From Actinomycetota bacterium (GTDB lineage: Bacteria > Actinomycetota > Acidimicrobiia > Spongiisociales > UBA4744), in NCBI GenBank assembly GCA_013152275.1, contig JAADGS010000027.1, forward strand, positions 62,001 to 126,000: a DNA stretch of 64,000 bases, read 5' to 3'. Positions 49,110 through 57,973 of the stretch are shown here, one piece after another. The number at the start of each line of letters is the position of its first letter. Positions within the stretch are counted from its first letter, which is position 1. The position numbers were made by a program, and so were the translations under genes. Under the pieces are notes generated by a model. The model was given only the letters and a program-made list of their open reading frames with translations, was not told where the DNA came from and ran no database searches.

Positions 49110-50675
49110 ATGCGCACCGGTCGCACGGGAACAACCATGCTGCTCACGGTGGTGACCGTTTTCGCCGCGGTCGTCGGCGGATGGCAGCTCGCGCGGCTCG
49201 TGGCAGGTGTGGAAACGACGAGCACGACCGTCGTTGGTGTGGCGCCCGTCGTCACGACTGCCGCGTCAACGTCGACTACGCACGCGGTCATCACCACGAC
49301 GTCGACATCGACGACGACCACCACGGTTCCTTTTGCTCGGTTTGGTGATGCTCGCACGGTTGGACGCCACGTCGGATCTGTCGATGGGCTGACGATGTTC
49401 AGGGGGAATCCGAGCCGCACGTTCTACGGGGAGGGCCCGGTCCCGGACAATCCGGCGGTTCTGTGGAGGTACCCGGATGCGGCAATGTGCGGCCGATCGA
49501 GCGTGCACAATGAGACGCGTCTGTGGTGCGGTACGGGATGGACGGGCCAGCCCGTGGTCTGGTCACGTGACGACGGTGTTACCGAGATCATCATCGGCGC
49601 TTTCGACAAGGCCGTCCATTTCATCGATGCCGATACCGGAATCGACACGAGGCCGCCGTTCCCTACCGGTGATCTCGTCAAAGGCTCCGGTTCTCTCGAT
49701 CCGGACGGGTATCCCCTGTACTACTTCGGATCGAGAGACAACAACCTGCGCATCCTGGCACTCGATCGCGACGTTCCCACCGAGCTGTGGGCCCTGAACG
49801 CGAACGTCGTCGCAGGCATGTGGAACAACGACTGGGACAGCGATCCGGTGATCATCGACGATATCCTCTTCGAGGGCGGCGAGAACAGCTATTTCTTCGC
49901 CTACCGGCTCAACCGCTCATACGGTCCGGACGGACTGGTTGACGTGAATCCCGAGCCACTCGTTCAGTTTCCCGCCTTCACCGACGAGCTCGTCCGGAAG
50001 GTAGGGAGGGAGCAGAGCATCGAGAACTCGGTGGCCGTATACGAGAACCGTGTGTATTTCGCCAACTCGGCAGGGCGGGTCGTCGGGCTGGACCTGACCC
50101 GTATCGACGATGGAGAGGCCCCGGTGGTGTTCGACTACTGGGACGGTGACGATACGGATGCCACGATCACGGTCGATCGCCAGGGGATGCTGTATGTCGC
50201 CATCGAGATGCAGCGGTTCAACGAGCGGTCGAGAGAGGTCGGGCAGATCATCAAGCTCGATCCGTACACGGACGGTGACCCTCGGCAGTGGGGGGTTGCG
50301 GTTCCTCCGATCGGCAACGACGAGGGAGGTGTGTGGGCAACTCCGGCACTCGGCGACGGAGTGCTCTACGTCGCCACCCACCCCGGGGAGCTGCTGGCGA
50401 TCGACACCGAGACCGGTGAGGTCGTGTGGCGCGACGAGGTTGGCTGGCACGCCTGGTCGTCACCGGTGATCGTGGACGACACGCTGGTTCAGGCGGTGAA
50501 CTGTGGGGTGGGCGGGGCGCTGCGAGCCTACGACCTCACGGATCCCCGCTCTCCCGTGCAGGTGTGGGAGACCGCTCCGGTGGGTGGATGCATCGAGTCG
50601 ACTCCGGCGATATGGAAGGGCCGGATCTACGTGGGGTCTCGGGACGGATTCTTCTACGCGTTCGGGGACGGGTAG
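49110..50675 (+). CDS. Membrane-anchored/secreted PQQ-type beta-propeller protein
   Basis: N-terminal hydrophobic segment and Thr-rich linker; FRGN..RT; repeated W-ending blades; ESTPAIWKGRIYVGSRDG. Confidence 0.85.
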   Translation: MRTGRTGTTMLLTVVTVFAAVVGGWQLARLVAGVETTSTTVVGVAPVVTTAASTSTTHAVITTTSTSTTTTTVPFARFGDARTVGRHVGSVDGLTMFRGNPSRTFYGEGPVPDNPAVLWRYPDAAMCGRSSVHNETRLWCGTGWTGQPVVWSRDDGVTEIIIGAFDKAVHFIDADTGIDTRPPFPTGDLVKGSGSLDPDGYPLYYFGSRDNNLRILALDRDVPTELWALNANVVAGMWNNDWDSDPVIIDDILFEGGENSYFFAYRLNRSYGPDGLVDVNPEPLVQFPAFTDELVRKVGREQSIENSVAVYENRVYFANSAGRVVGLDLTRIDDGEAPVVFDYWDGDDTDATITVDRQGMLYVAIEMQRFNERSREVGQIIKLDPYTDGDPRQWGVAVPPIGNDEGGVWATPALGDGVLYVATHPGELLAIDTETGEVVWRDEVGWHAWSSPVIVDDTLVQAVNCGVGGALRAYDLTDPRSPVQVWETAPVGGCIESTPAIWKGRIYVGSRDGFFYAFGDG

Positions 50676-50992
50676 GGGGGTTCGGCCGCGTGCGGGAGAC
50701 GCGAGAACGCGGGGGCAGCGGTGCCTGGATGCGTTCGAGGGTGCAGCATGGACCCGGGCGACGCGATCGTCCGGCATCTCGAGGGATGCGCGCACCGAAT
50801 CGGCGATATCTTCGACCGGTCCGTGGTGGACGTCGTCGATGCGGACGGCGAACCGGCTGATGCACATCGGAAGGCCCTGGCGGTGCCGGGTGGTTTTCAC
50901 GCAACGGGTTTCACGGATTCTTGCGGTCGTGGGCCACGCCTGAACGCGTGGCAGGCCCCCGCTTTCGCAGAGGCCTGCCGGTGGGGGGATCA

Positions 50993-51217
50993 TCAAGTGT
51001 TGTCGTTCTCTCGGGTCTCGAGTTGCTCGGCCTTTCTGCGATCCGGCCGCAGCCCCGATACGGCGATCAGAGCACCGGTGATGATGACGGCCGTTGGCCA
51101 CAGCCACCGCGTTTCCAGATGGAGGGGAGTGTTCGAGATCAGAACCGGCAGGGCGATGACGATGAAGATCAGTCCGAATACCAGTGAGACGAGGTCGAGT
51201 GGGTGCCGTTCCTTCAT
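50993..51217 (-). CDS. Small 2-TM protein of the PspC locus
   Basis: H.LD.VSLVFGL.F...WP; start overlaps the upstream stop. Confidence 0.75.
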   Translation of the reverse strand: MKERHPLDLVSLVFGLIFIVIALPVLISNTPLHLETRWLWPTAVIITGALIAVSGLRPDRRKAEQLETRENDNT

Positions 51218-52359
51218 CAGCTGCCTTCCTGTGTCACGGTGATCTTGCCTGCCCCGACGCTCAGGTCGATGCGGGCGGTTCCGTCGGTGCCATCGAGATA
51301 GACCGTCCTGCCGATACCGAGACCTTGGCTCGTCGTTCCGAGCACGTTGAACTCGCCGACGCCGAGGCGGGAACTGATCGACCCTCCGATACCCTTGGGG
51401 AGAATGACGTTGAGTTCACCTGCACCGAGATTGGCGCTGAAAGCGAAGTCGGAGGAGGGGATGTCGGACAGGTCGATGGTGAGGGTGCCTGCACTGAGTT
51501 CGTAGCGGCTGCCGACCTGTGAGGCGGATTGTGGCTTGTAGGTGACCACCTGACGGTCCTGGACGGCGTCGACCGTGCTGCCGGTCGTGGCCATTCCCAT
51601 GGCAAAGGCCAGGATGAGGCCGACTGCGATCAGACCTCTGGAACGTCCCCAGACTGCGCCGACGACCAGACCTGCTCCTACGATGGCCAGCGCCGCCGCG
51701 AAGTAGTGTCGAGGCTCGGGGACGAGAACCCCGGCATTGTTGAGCAGTGCGAGGACACCCAGACCGATCAGCGTCGCAGCAAGGGTGAACCGACCGAGGC
51801 TCGACCGTTGGCGGGGCTGTTGTCGACGTCGTGGACGAGGCTGCTTCGTCTGGGTCGTTACCGGAGCGGATCCAGAGGACGTCTCCGGTTGCTCCGATGT
51901 CCTTGGTGCTCTCGCCGTCTCCGGTCGTCTGGCCGGGCCTTCCCCCAGATACAGGAGGATGCCGATTCCGAGCAGGGCCAGTGCCACGATGACGCCGGAT
52001 CCTGCGACGTTCAACGACGAGAGGATCCAGATCGCTGCGATGACGATCAGCGCCACGCCGATCCAGGCCGGTTCCGTGGAGATCCCCTGCAGCCATCCTT
52101 CGACGATCGAGTCGTCCGACCCCCGCTCCGGGATGATCAGCCAACCTGCCAGATAGAGCAGAATGCCGAGGCCGCCGGCGAAGACCAGGAGCAGGAAGCC
52201 CAGACGAATCAGCCAGGCTTCCACGTCGAAATAGTCGGCGATGCCGGCTGCTACGCCACCCAAGATGCCGTGCACGCGACGAAGAGGTGGGCGAGAGGCC
52301 CTTCCGCCGTCCGTTGGGGCTTCGGCCTCCGGTGGCGGGATTGTGGTGTGATCATTCAT
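51217..52359 (-). CDS. PspC-domain membrane protein with LiaF/DUF2154-like C-terminal beta domain
   Basis: LGGVAAGIADYF....WLIRL..F..GG.G.LLYL..WLIIP; C-terminal GTLTIDL/GELNV/GKITV repeats. Confidence 0.87.
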   Translation of the reverse strand: MNDHTTIPPPEAEAPTDGGRASRPPLRRVHGILGGVAAGIADYFDVEAWLIRLGFLLLVFAGGLGILLYLAGWLIIPERGSDDSIVEGWLQGISTEPAWIGVALIVIAAIWILSSLNVAGSGVIVALALLGIGILLYLGEGPARRPETARAPRTSEQPETSSGSAPVTTQTKQPRPRRRQQPRQRSSLGRFTLAATLIGLGVLALLNNAGVLVPEPRHYFAAALAIVGAGLVVGAVWGRSRGLIAVGLILAFAMGMATTGSTVDAVQDRQVVTYKPQSASQVGSRYELSAGTLTIDLSDIPSSDFAFSANLGAGELNVILPKGIGGSISSRLGVGEFNVLGTTSQGLGIGRTVYLDGTDGTARIDLSVGAGKITVTQEGS

Positions 52360-52404
52360 GGGGCCATCTTCAATGGTGTATCCCCTCTCGTCTATGAGGA
52401 CTGT

Positions 52405-52453
52405 CCCTGATGAAACCCTGACGCTTCTCGGGGTTCATCGGGGGTTTCCCCTG
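52405..52453. promoter_or_regulatory. CCCTGA/TCGGGG repeat cluster, putative response-regulator binding sites
   Basis: ccctgatgaaaccctga-N6-tcggggttcatcggggg-tttcccctg in the divergent spacer. Confidence 0.5.
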
Positions 52454-52510
52454 TTGTGGAGCGCACTTGTCCTGTGCGATGATCCACGCAGGTCTCTTCA
52501 GAGGTGCACG

Positions 52511-53701
52511 ATCAAGGATCATCGCTTCGGGCTTGCCGTCCGCAGAAGTGAAGACCGGCTGGTCACCGGCCTTGCCGGCGGCATCGCCGAGACACTCGGT
52601 ATCGCCTCCGTGTTCGTGCGCGCGGCGTTCGTGGTGCTGGCGTTTGCAGGCGGGGTCGGCGTCCTGCTGTATCTGATCGGGTGGGTGCTCACACTCGAGA
52701 CCCCGGACGCGACAGCCGTCGAAGCACTTCGGAAGCGGGTGGTTGCTCGCACCGGTAGACAGAGGTTCGCGCTGGCCGTCATGTTCCTTGGCATCCTGCT
52801 CCTGCTGAGATCGATGGGGCTGTGGTTCGGCGACTCCCTCGTCTGGCCCGTATCGTTGATCGTGTTCGGCTTCGCGCTCACCTGGTCGCGGCTCGACGAG
52901 GCGCGGCGAACCCGGTGGGCGCGTCGAACGTTTTCTGCCGAAGATCTGAAAGGGACGCTCGCCCGTCTCGCCGTCGGAGGACTCCTCATGACCGTGGGGT
53001 TGGGCTTGTACCTGCGGTCGATCGACGCCGTAGCCCTGGTGGGCGGCGTCGTTCTGGCCGTGCTGATGACCGCCGTGGGTCTGGGTTTGATCCTCGGTCC
53101 GTGGGTGTGGCGGCTCATCACGCAGCTCACGACGGAGCGGAGAGAACGAATCAGATCTGACGAGCGGGCGGAAGTGGCCGCCCACCTGCACGACTCGGTG
53201 CTCCAGACACTGGCGCTCATCCAACGTACCGACGATGTGCACGCCATGGTGATGCTCGCGCGACGGCAGGAACGGGAGCTGCGAGCCTGGCTCTATGACG
53301 GTTCCGGCCCTGAAGGTGGGACGTTGCGCGCTGCGCTCGAACAGGCTGCTGCCCGGTTGGAGGAAGTCCATCAGGTGCCTGTCGATGTCGTCGCCGTCGG
53401 AGATGCACCGCTGGATGACAAGCTGCGTGCAGTCGTCGCGGCTGCCGGCGAGGCGATGACCAATGCCGCCCACCATTCGGGATGTGGTCATGTTTCCGTG
53501 TTCGCCGAAGTCTCGGATGCCACAATCGATGTGTACGTGACCGATCAGGGGACAGGCTTCGACCTGGAAGCGGTTCCCGATGGCCGCCGGGGGATCGCCG
53601 AGTCGATCATCGGCAGGATGCAGCGTCAGGGTGGCGAGGCGGCAATTGCGAGCGAGAAGGGCGTGGGGACCGAGGTGCACCTGAAGGTGGGGCGTTCATG
53701 A
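52511..53701 (+). CDS. PspC-domain sensor histidine kinase (start uncertain)
   Basis: PspC motif GLAGGIA..LG; H-box AAHLHDSVLQTL; EAMTNAAHH, D.G.GF, RGIAESI, G.GTEV. Confidence 0.9.
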   Translation: MKDHRFGLAVRRSEDRLVTGLAGGIAETLGIASVFVRAAFVVLAFAGGVGVLLYLIGWVLTLETPDATAVEALRKRVVARTGRQRFALAVMFLGILLLLRSMGLWFGDSLVWPVSLIVFGFALTWSRLDEARRTRWARRTFSAEDLKGTLARLAVGGLLMTVGLGLYLRSIDAVALVGGVVLAVLMTAVGLGLILGPWVWRLITQLTTERRERIRSDERAEVAAHLHDSVLQTLALIQRTDDVHAMVMLARRQERELRAWLYDGSGPEGGTLRAALEQAAARLEEVHQVPVDVVAVGDAPLDDKLRAVVAAAGEAMTNAAHHSGCGHVSVFAEVSDATIDVYVTDQGTGFDLEAVPDGRRGIAESIIGRMQRQGGEAAIASEKGVGTEVHLKVGRS

Positions 53702-54330
53702 TCAGCGTGTTTCTCGTCGACGATCACCAGCTGTTTCTCTCCGGCGTGCGAACGGAGCTGGCTCGCTCATTCGAAGTCGCCGGTGTTGCGTCGGATGTCG
53801 ACAGAGCGATCGACGAGATCCGGTCGACCAGGCCGGACGTTGTCCTGGTCGACGTCCACATGCCGGGAGGAGGCGGCTTGGTGGTGGTCCGTGCGGTTCA
53901 TGAGACGAACCCCGATGTGCGTTTCCTCGCCCTGTCGGTCTCCGACGCCGCCGAGGACGTCATCGCGATGATCCGTGCCGGGGCACGCGGCTACGTGACG
54001 AAATCGATCAGCCCGGCCGATCTCGCCGCGGCGATCCGCAGGGTGCATGAGGGCGATGCCGTGTTCTCGCCGAGGCTGGCCGGCTTCGTGCTGGACGCTT
54101 TTGCGGACACGATTCCGGCCGAACTCGACCCCGAACTCGACCAGCTCACGCCGCGTGAGCGCGAAGTCCTGCGCCTGATCGCGCGCGGCTACCCCTACAA
54201 GCAGGTGGCGAGAAAGCTCTCGATCTCCATCAAGACGGTCGAGTCGCACGTCTCGGCGGTGTTGCGAAAGCTTCAGCTCTCGTCCCGATACGAGTTGACT
54301 CGCTGGGCGACGGATCGCCGCATCATCTAG
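53698..54330 (+). CDS. NarL/LuxR family response regulator
   Basis: LVDDH, DVHMPGG, GARGYVTK, LTPREREVL, KTVESH. Confidence 0.95.
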   Translation: MISVFLVDDHQLFLSGVRTELARSFEVAGVASDVDRAIDEIRSTRPDVVLVDVHMPGGGGLVVVRAVHETNPDVRFLALSVSDAAEDVIAMIRAGARGYVTKSISPADLAAAIRRVHEGDAVFSPRLAGFVLDAFADTIPAELDPELDQLTPREREVLRLIARGYPYKQVARKLSISIKTVESHVSAVLRKLQLSSRYELTRWATDRRII

Positions 54331-54333
54331 AAA

Positions 54334-54390
54334 CGTTGAACCCAGGGCTCAGGGGGGTCGTGGCGACCCCTACGAGCCCTGGGTTCAACG
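54334..54390. repeat. REP-like palindrome, copy 2
   Basis: cgttgaacccagggctc-agg-ggggtcg-tgg-cgacccc-tac-gagccctgggttcaacg between convergent genes. Confidence 0.9.
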
Positions 54391-54396
54391 GATTGG

Positions 54397-54687
54397 TCAG
54401 CCGAGCCAGCGGATCCTGCACCATGTGCGTCGGTCACAGGAAGGGCAGGTCATCCACCTGCCGTAGCGGCGCCAGGGAAACCAGAGGGTCAGATCCATGA
54501 TCCGGCGGAGGGCGTCCGTGATCGGTGTTCTCACCGCAACTTCACATGCCGAGCATTCGATGAGCACCGTTGCGGGCGAAGAAGTCGGCTCATGGGAGAA
54601 GACGGCTTCGCGTCCCTCATCGTCGGCCGTCAAGTCGATGGGCGGTGTCTCGAACAGGGCTCGTTTCCCCTGAGGGTCGTCTCTCAC
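54397..54687 (-). CDS. Small putative zinc-ribbon protein coupled to the orphan ParA
   Basis: GTGA overlap with the ParA stop; CSAC...CPSC; 96 aa. Confidence 0.65.
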   Translation of the reverse strand: MRDDPQGKRALFETPPIDLTADDEGREAVFSHEPTSSPATVLIECSACEVAVRTPITDALRRIMDLTLWFPWRRYGRWMTCPSCDRRTWCRIRWLG

Positions 54688-55436
54688 AATCGCTCCCGGA
54701 TCGTGACGGCCAGATCTCGGTACGCCTGTGCAGCCTGTGAGCGAGGCGCGTACTCGAGGACGGTTGTGCCGAGTTCGGGCGCTTCTGCAACCCGAACCGT
54801 CTTGGGGATCGGCGGTCGCAGGACCTCGAGGCCGTACTGCTCGGGGAGCTCTTGGAGCACGCGTTGGGCGAGGCGTGTGCGCCCGTCGTACATCGTTGCC
54901 ACGGCACCGAGCGTTTCGAGCTTCGGGTTCGTGTAAGAGCGGACGTCGTCGACGGTTTCGAGCAGCTGTCCCACCCCGCGGCGGCTCAGGGTCTCCGGCT
55001 GCACAGGAATGAGGAGGGACTGCGCAGCGGTCAAGCCGTTGATCGTGAGGAGGCCGAGGGACGGGGGACAGTCGATGAGGATCAGGTCGTACTCGCTGCG
55101 CAGCGGGCGCAGTGCCTTGGCGAGGACGTGTTCGCGGCCGGTCTTGGTGAGCAGATGCACCTCGGATCCCGCCAGGTCGATCGTCGAGGGGAGCAAGTCT
55201 GCCCCTTCGAGGTCGAGTCGCGCCTTGCCTGCGGTCGTGCGGTCCAACATCACGTCGTGGACGGAGAGATCCAGACCGTCGGCGTCGACTCCCATGGAGT
55301 ACGTGAGACATGACTGGGGATCCAGATCGACCAGAAGCACATCGAGGCCCAGGTCTGAGAAAGCCGCGCCGAGGGTCTGGACGGTCGTCGTCTTGGCGAC
55401 CCCACCCTTCTGGTTGGCGACCGCGATGATGGTCAT
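54684..55436 (-). CDS. Orphan ParA/Soj-family ATPase (Rv3213c-like)
   Basis: ANQKGGVAKTTT, DLDPQ, IDCPPSLG, RGVGQ, AEAP; TACACT six nt before ATG. Confidence 0.93.
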   Translation of the reverse strand: MTIIAVANQKGGVAKTTTVQTLGAAFSDLGLDVLLVDLDPQSCLTYSMGVDADGLDLSVHDVMLDRTTAGKARLDLEGADLLPSTIDLAGSEVHLLTKTGREHVLAKALRPLRSEYDLILIDCPPSLGLLTINGLTAAQSLLIPVQPETLSRRGVGQLLETVDDVRSYTNPKLETLGAVATMYDGRTRLAQRVLQELPEQYGLEVLRPPIPKTVRVAEAPELGTTVLEYAPRSQAAQAYRDLAVTIRERL

Positions 55437-55489
55437 AGAGGGAGTGTAGGTGCCGTCGGGATGTCGGGAGCGGAGGTACGCTGTCGCCG

Positions 55490-56260
55490 ATGAGCTATGT
55501 CTCACTGGTGCTGGCGATGCTCGTTCTGGCCGGTGGGTGTACGGCCGAGCCGATTCGAGGACCCGATCCGATCCCTCCTGGGACGCTGGAACCGACGGTG
55601 CCCGAGGCTTTGCTGGAGATGACCACGACCAGCAACCCAGGCCCTTCGATGTCGTCGACGACGGTGAGGGCGGCGATCACCACCATTCAGCCCTCCACCA
55701 CGGAGATCCTCGTGATCGACGATGCCATCGTCGAACGCATGGCTTCATCCTGGAGGCCGGGCTGTCCCGTGCCTTTGGAGGATCTCCGCCTTCTCCGACT
55801 TCGCTACCACGACTTCACCGGCGGGACGTCGATGGGAGAGTTGGTCGTGGCCGACGATGTGGCCGACGACATCATGGGGGTCTTCGAGGAGCTGTACTCG
55901 GTCGGTTTCCCGATCGAACGGATGGAGCTCGTCGATGCCTACGCCGGCGACGACACGGCGTCGATGCAGGCCAACAACACCTCGGCGTTCAACTGCCGGC
56001 GTGTGGAGGGCACCGACCGATGGTCCGAGCATGCGTACGGGATTGCCATTGATATCAACCCGTTACTCAACCCGTGGATGCGGAGATCGAGCGTGTCGCC
56101 GGCGGAAGGTGCCGCCTATGCGGACCGGAGCCTGGATGTGCCAGGGATGATTCACGACGGTGATGCCGTTGTACAGGCTTTCGCCAGGATCGGATGGGTC
56201 TGGGGTGGGACATGGCGCACCACGAAGGACTACCAGCACTTCAGCCGGTCGGGGCGGTGA
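55490..56260 (+). CDS. M15 family metallopeptidase lipoprotein (D,D-/L,D-peptidase-like)
   Basis: Lipobox LAGGC; NNTSAFNCR, SEHAYGIAIDINP, WGG.W...KDYQHF. Confidence 0.9.
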   Translation: MSYVSLVLAMLVLAGGCTAEPIRGPDPIPPGTLEPTVPEALLEMTTTSNPGPSMSSTTVRAAITTIQPSTTEILVIDDAIVERMASSWRPGCPVPLEDLRLLRLRYHDFTGGTSMGELVVADDVADDIMGVFEELYSVGFPIERMELVDAYAGDDTASMQANNTSAFNCRRVEGTDRWSEHAYGIAIDINPLLNPWMRRSSVSPAEGAAYADRSLDVPGMIHDGDAVVQAFARIGWVWGGTWRTTKDYQHFSRSGR

Positions 56261-56264
56261 CCCG

Positions 56265-57002
56265 TCACGTGTCCGATTTGCGGTAGATGGACAGGTGCTG
56301 TTCGCTGCGCGCGGTGAATGCGTGGCGCTTCCAGTCCTCCCACCGGTGCTCCAGATCCAGGCCGGCAAGGCGGGCCATGAGGTCCAGTTCGGCCGGGTAT
56401 GCATAGCGAATCGTCACCGGGAAGAAATCGATCGAGTCTTTGGAGAGGACGATCTTCTGGCTTCGCACGAGCTGGTTCGCCTGATCGTGCAGATCCACGT
56501 TGAGTGTGACCGATTCCGGCTCGATCTCGGTCACGTAGGTCCTCTGACCTCGGTCGAAGCGGGTCAGATCCGGGATGAACGTCTCGATCAGGAAGCGGCC
56601 TCCTGGCAGGAGACGGTTGGCGACCTGCCTGAAGCATCGCATCTGATCGTCTCGGGTGAGCAGTGCGAAGAACGTGTTGAATGCCGCGTAGATCAGGGAG
56701 AACGAGCCCTCGACGGGTACGTCTGCAAAGTCGCCGATCACGACGGGGATGTCCGCACCTCCGGGCTTCTCGCGAAGCCGCGCGACCATCGCCGTGGATG
56801 CGTCGACACCGTGGACCTCGACTCCGCGTGCGCGAAGTGGTAGAGCAACCCTGCCGGTGCCGATACCCAATTCGAGAACAGGACCGGCACCGGCGAGGTC
56901 GCTCAGCAACGCGACGGCGTCACCTGGATCGAGCTGCGCGTACAGATCGTCATAGACGCCGGCGATGCGGTCACCGTACGTAGATGCCTCATACCCGTCC
57001 AT
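56265..57002 (-). CDS. Class I SAM-dependent methyltransferase
   Basis: VLELGIGTGR, GVDAS, GDF, L.PGGRF. Confidence 0.92.
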   Translation of the reverse strand: MDGYEASTYGDRIAGVYDDLYAQLDPGDAVALLSDLAGAGPVLELGIGTGRVALPLRARGVEVHGVDASTAMVARLREKPGGADIPVVIGDFADVPVEGSFSLIYAAFNTFFALLTRDDQMRCFRQVANRLLPGGRFLIETFIPDLTRFDRGQRTYVTEIEPESVTLNVDLHDQANQLVRSQKIVLSKDSIDFFPVTIRYAYPAELDLMARLAGLDLEHRWEDWKRHAFTARSEQHLSIYRKSDT

Positions 57003-57079
57003 GTGCCGATACTGGCAGGACTCACGGGATGGTGCAGGGTGTTTTCGAGAGCCGCTCGCGTTGTGCGGGTGGCTTTCGT

Positions 57080-57661
57080 TCAGCCGGTGCTGATCTCCGT
57101 GCCCAGAAGTTCGAGGAACAGCGCCAGCCATTTTGGATGGGCCGGCCACGCCGGTGCGGTCACGAAGTTCCCGTCGACGATCGCATCGTCGATTGCGATG
57201 TCGGCGAACTCCGCTCCGGCGTTGCTCACATCAGGTCCTACGGCCGGGTAGGCGGAGATTCGCCGACCATCGATGACGCCGGCTGCTGCGAGCACCTGGG
57301 CGCCGTGGCAGACCGAGGCGATCGGCTTGTCGTTCTCGGCGAAGTGACGCGTGACTTCGATGACTTTCGCATCCAGCCTGATGTACTCCGGAGCCCGTCC
57401 TCCCGCGATCACGAGGGCGTCGTAGTCGGCAGGGTCGACGTCGGCGAATGTGGTGTTGAGGGTGAAGTTGTGCCCAGGCTTCTCGCTGTAGGTCTGGTCG
57501 CCTTCGAAGTCGTGAATCGCGGTACGAATCTGCTCTCCGCTCGCCTTGTTCGGACACACCGTGTGCACGGTATGACCGACCATCTGGAGCGCCTGAAACG
57601 GCACCATCGTTTCGTAGTCCTCCGCGAAATCTCCAACGAGCATGAGGATCTTCTTGGCCAT
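57080..57661 (-). CDS. DJ-1/PfpI family protein
   Basis: [35 protein letters not shown]. Confidence 0.93.
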   Translation of the reverse strand: MAKKILMLVGDFAEDYETMVPFQALQMVGHTVHTVCPNKASGEQIRTAIHDFEGDQTYSEKPGHNFTLNTTFADVDPADYDALVIAGGRAPEYIRLDAKVIEVTRHFAENDKPIASVCHGAQVLAAAGVIDGRRISAYPAVGPDVSNAGAEFADIAIDDAIVDGNFVTAPAWPAHPKWLALFLELLGTEISTG

Positions 57662-57973
57662 GACCTCTCCTTCCTCACGACCAACCGTTGGTCGCTCCTG
57701 TGTCCATACTCGCGCTTTCCGGCGGGGGCCGGGTGGAGAATGTCTGTTTTTCGGATACGTGCGTTCTCGTTCGAGCGTGTGCAGGGGGTTCCTCGCAGGA
57801 AGGATCGGGCTCGAGGTGACACGTCGGTCTGGAAGTGTGAAACGGGGGATTCCGCTGCGGGAAGGCAAATGGGGCCTCCGGCCATGGCCTTCGGTAGCAT
57901 GGCGTCCAGCACCGGAGCCGCCGGAGTGACGGTTGTTCGCGGCCGCTCTTCAGAGAGATTCGAGGAGATCACG

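Noticed and set aside
50676..50992. ORF 50721..51242 and alternatives
   Set aside because: Overlaps the better-supported minus-strand small membrane gene; no motif; strand cannot be resolved
56984..57973. Apparent 330-aa N-terminal extension of PpdK (1233-aa ORF)
   Set aside because: It is the antisense of the PfpI gene plus spacer; the true start is ATG 57974 after GAGGAG
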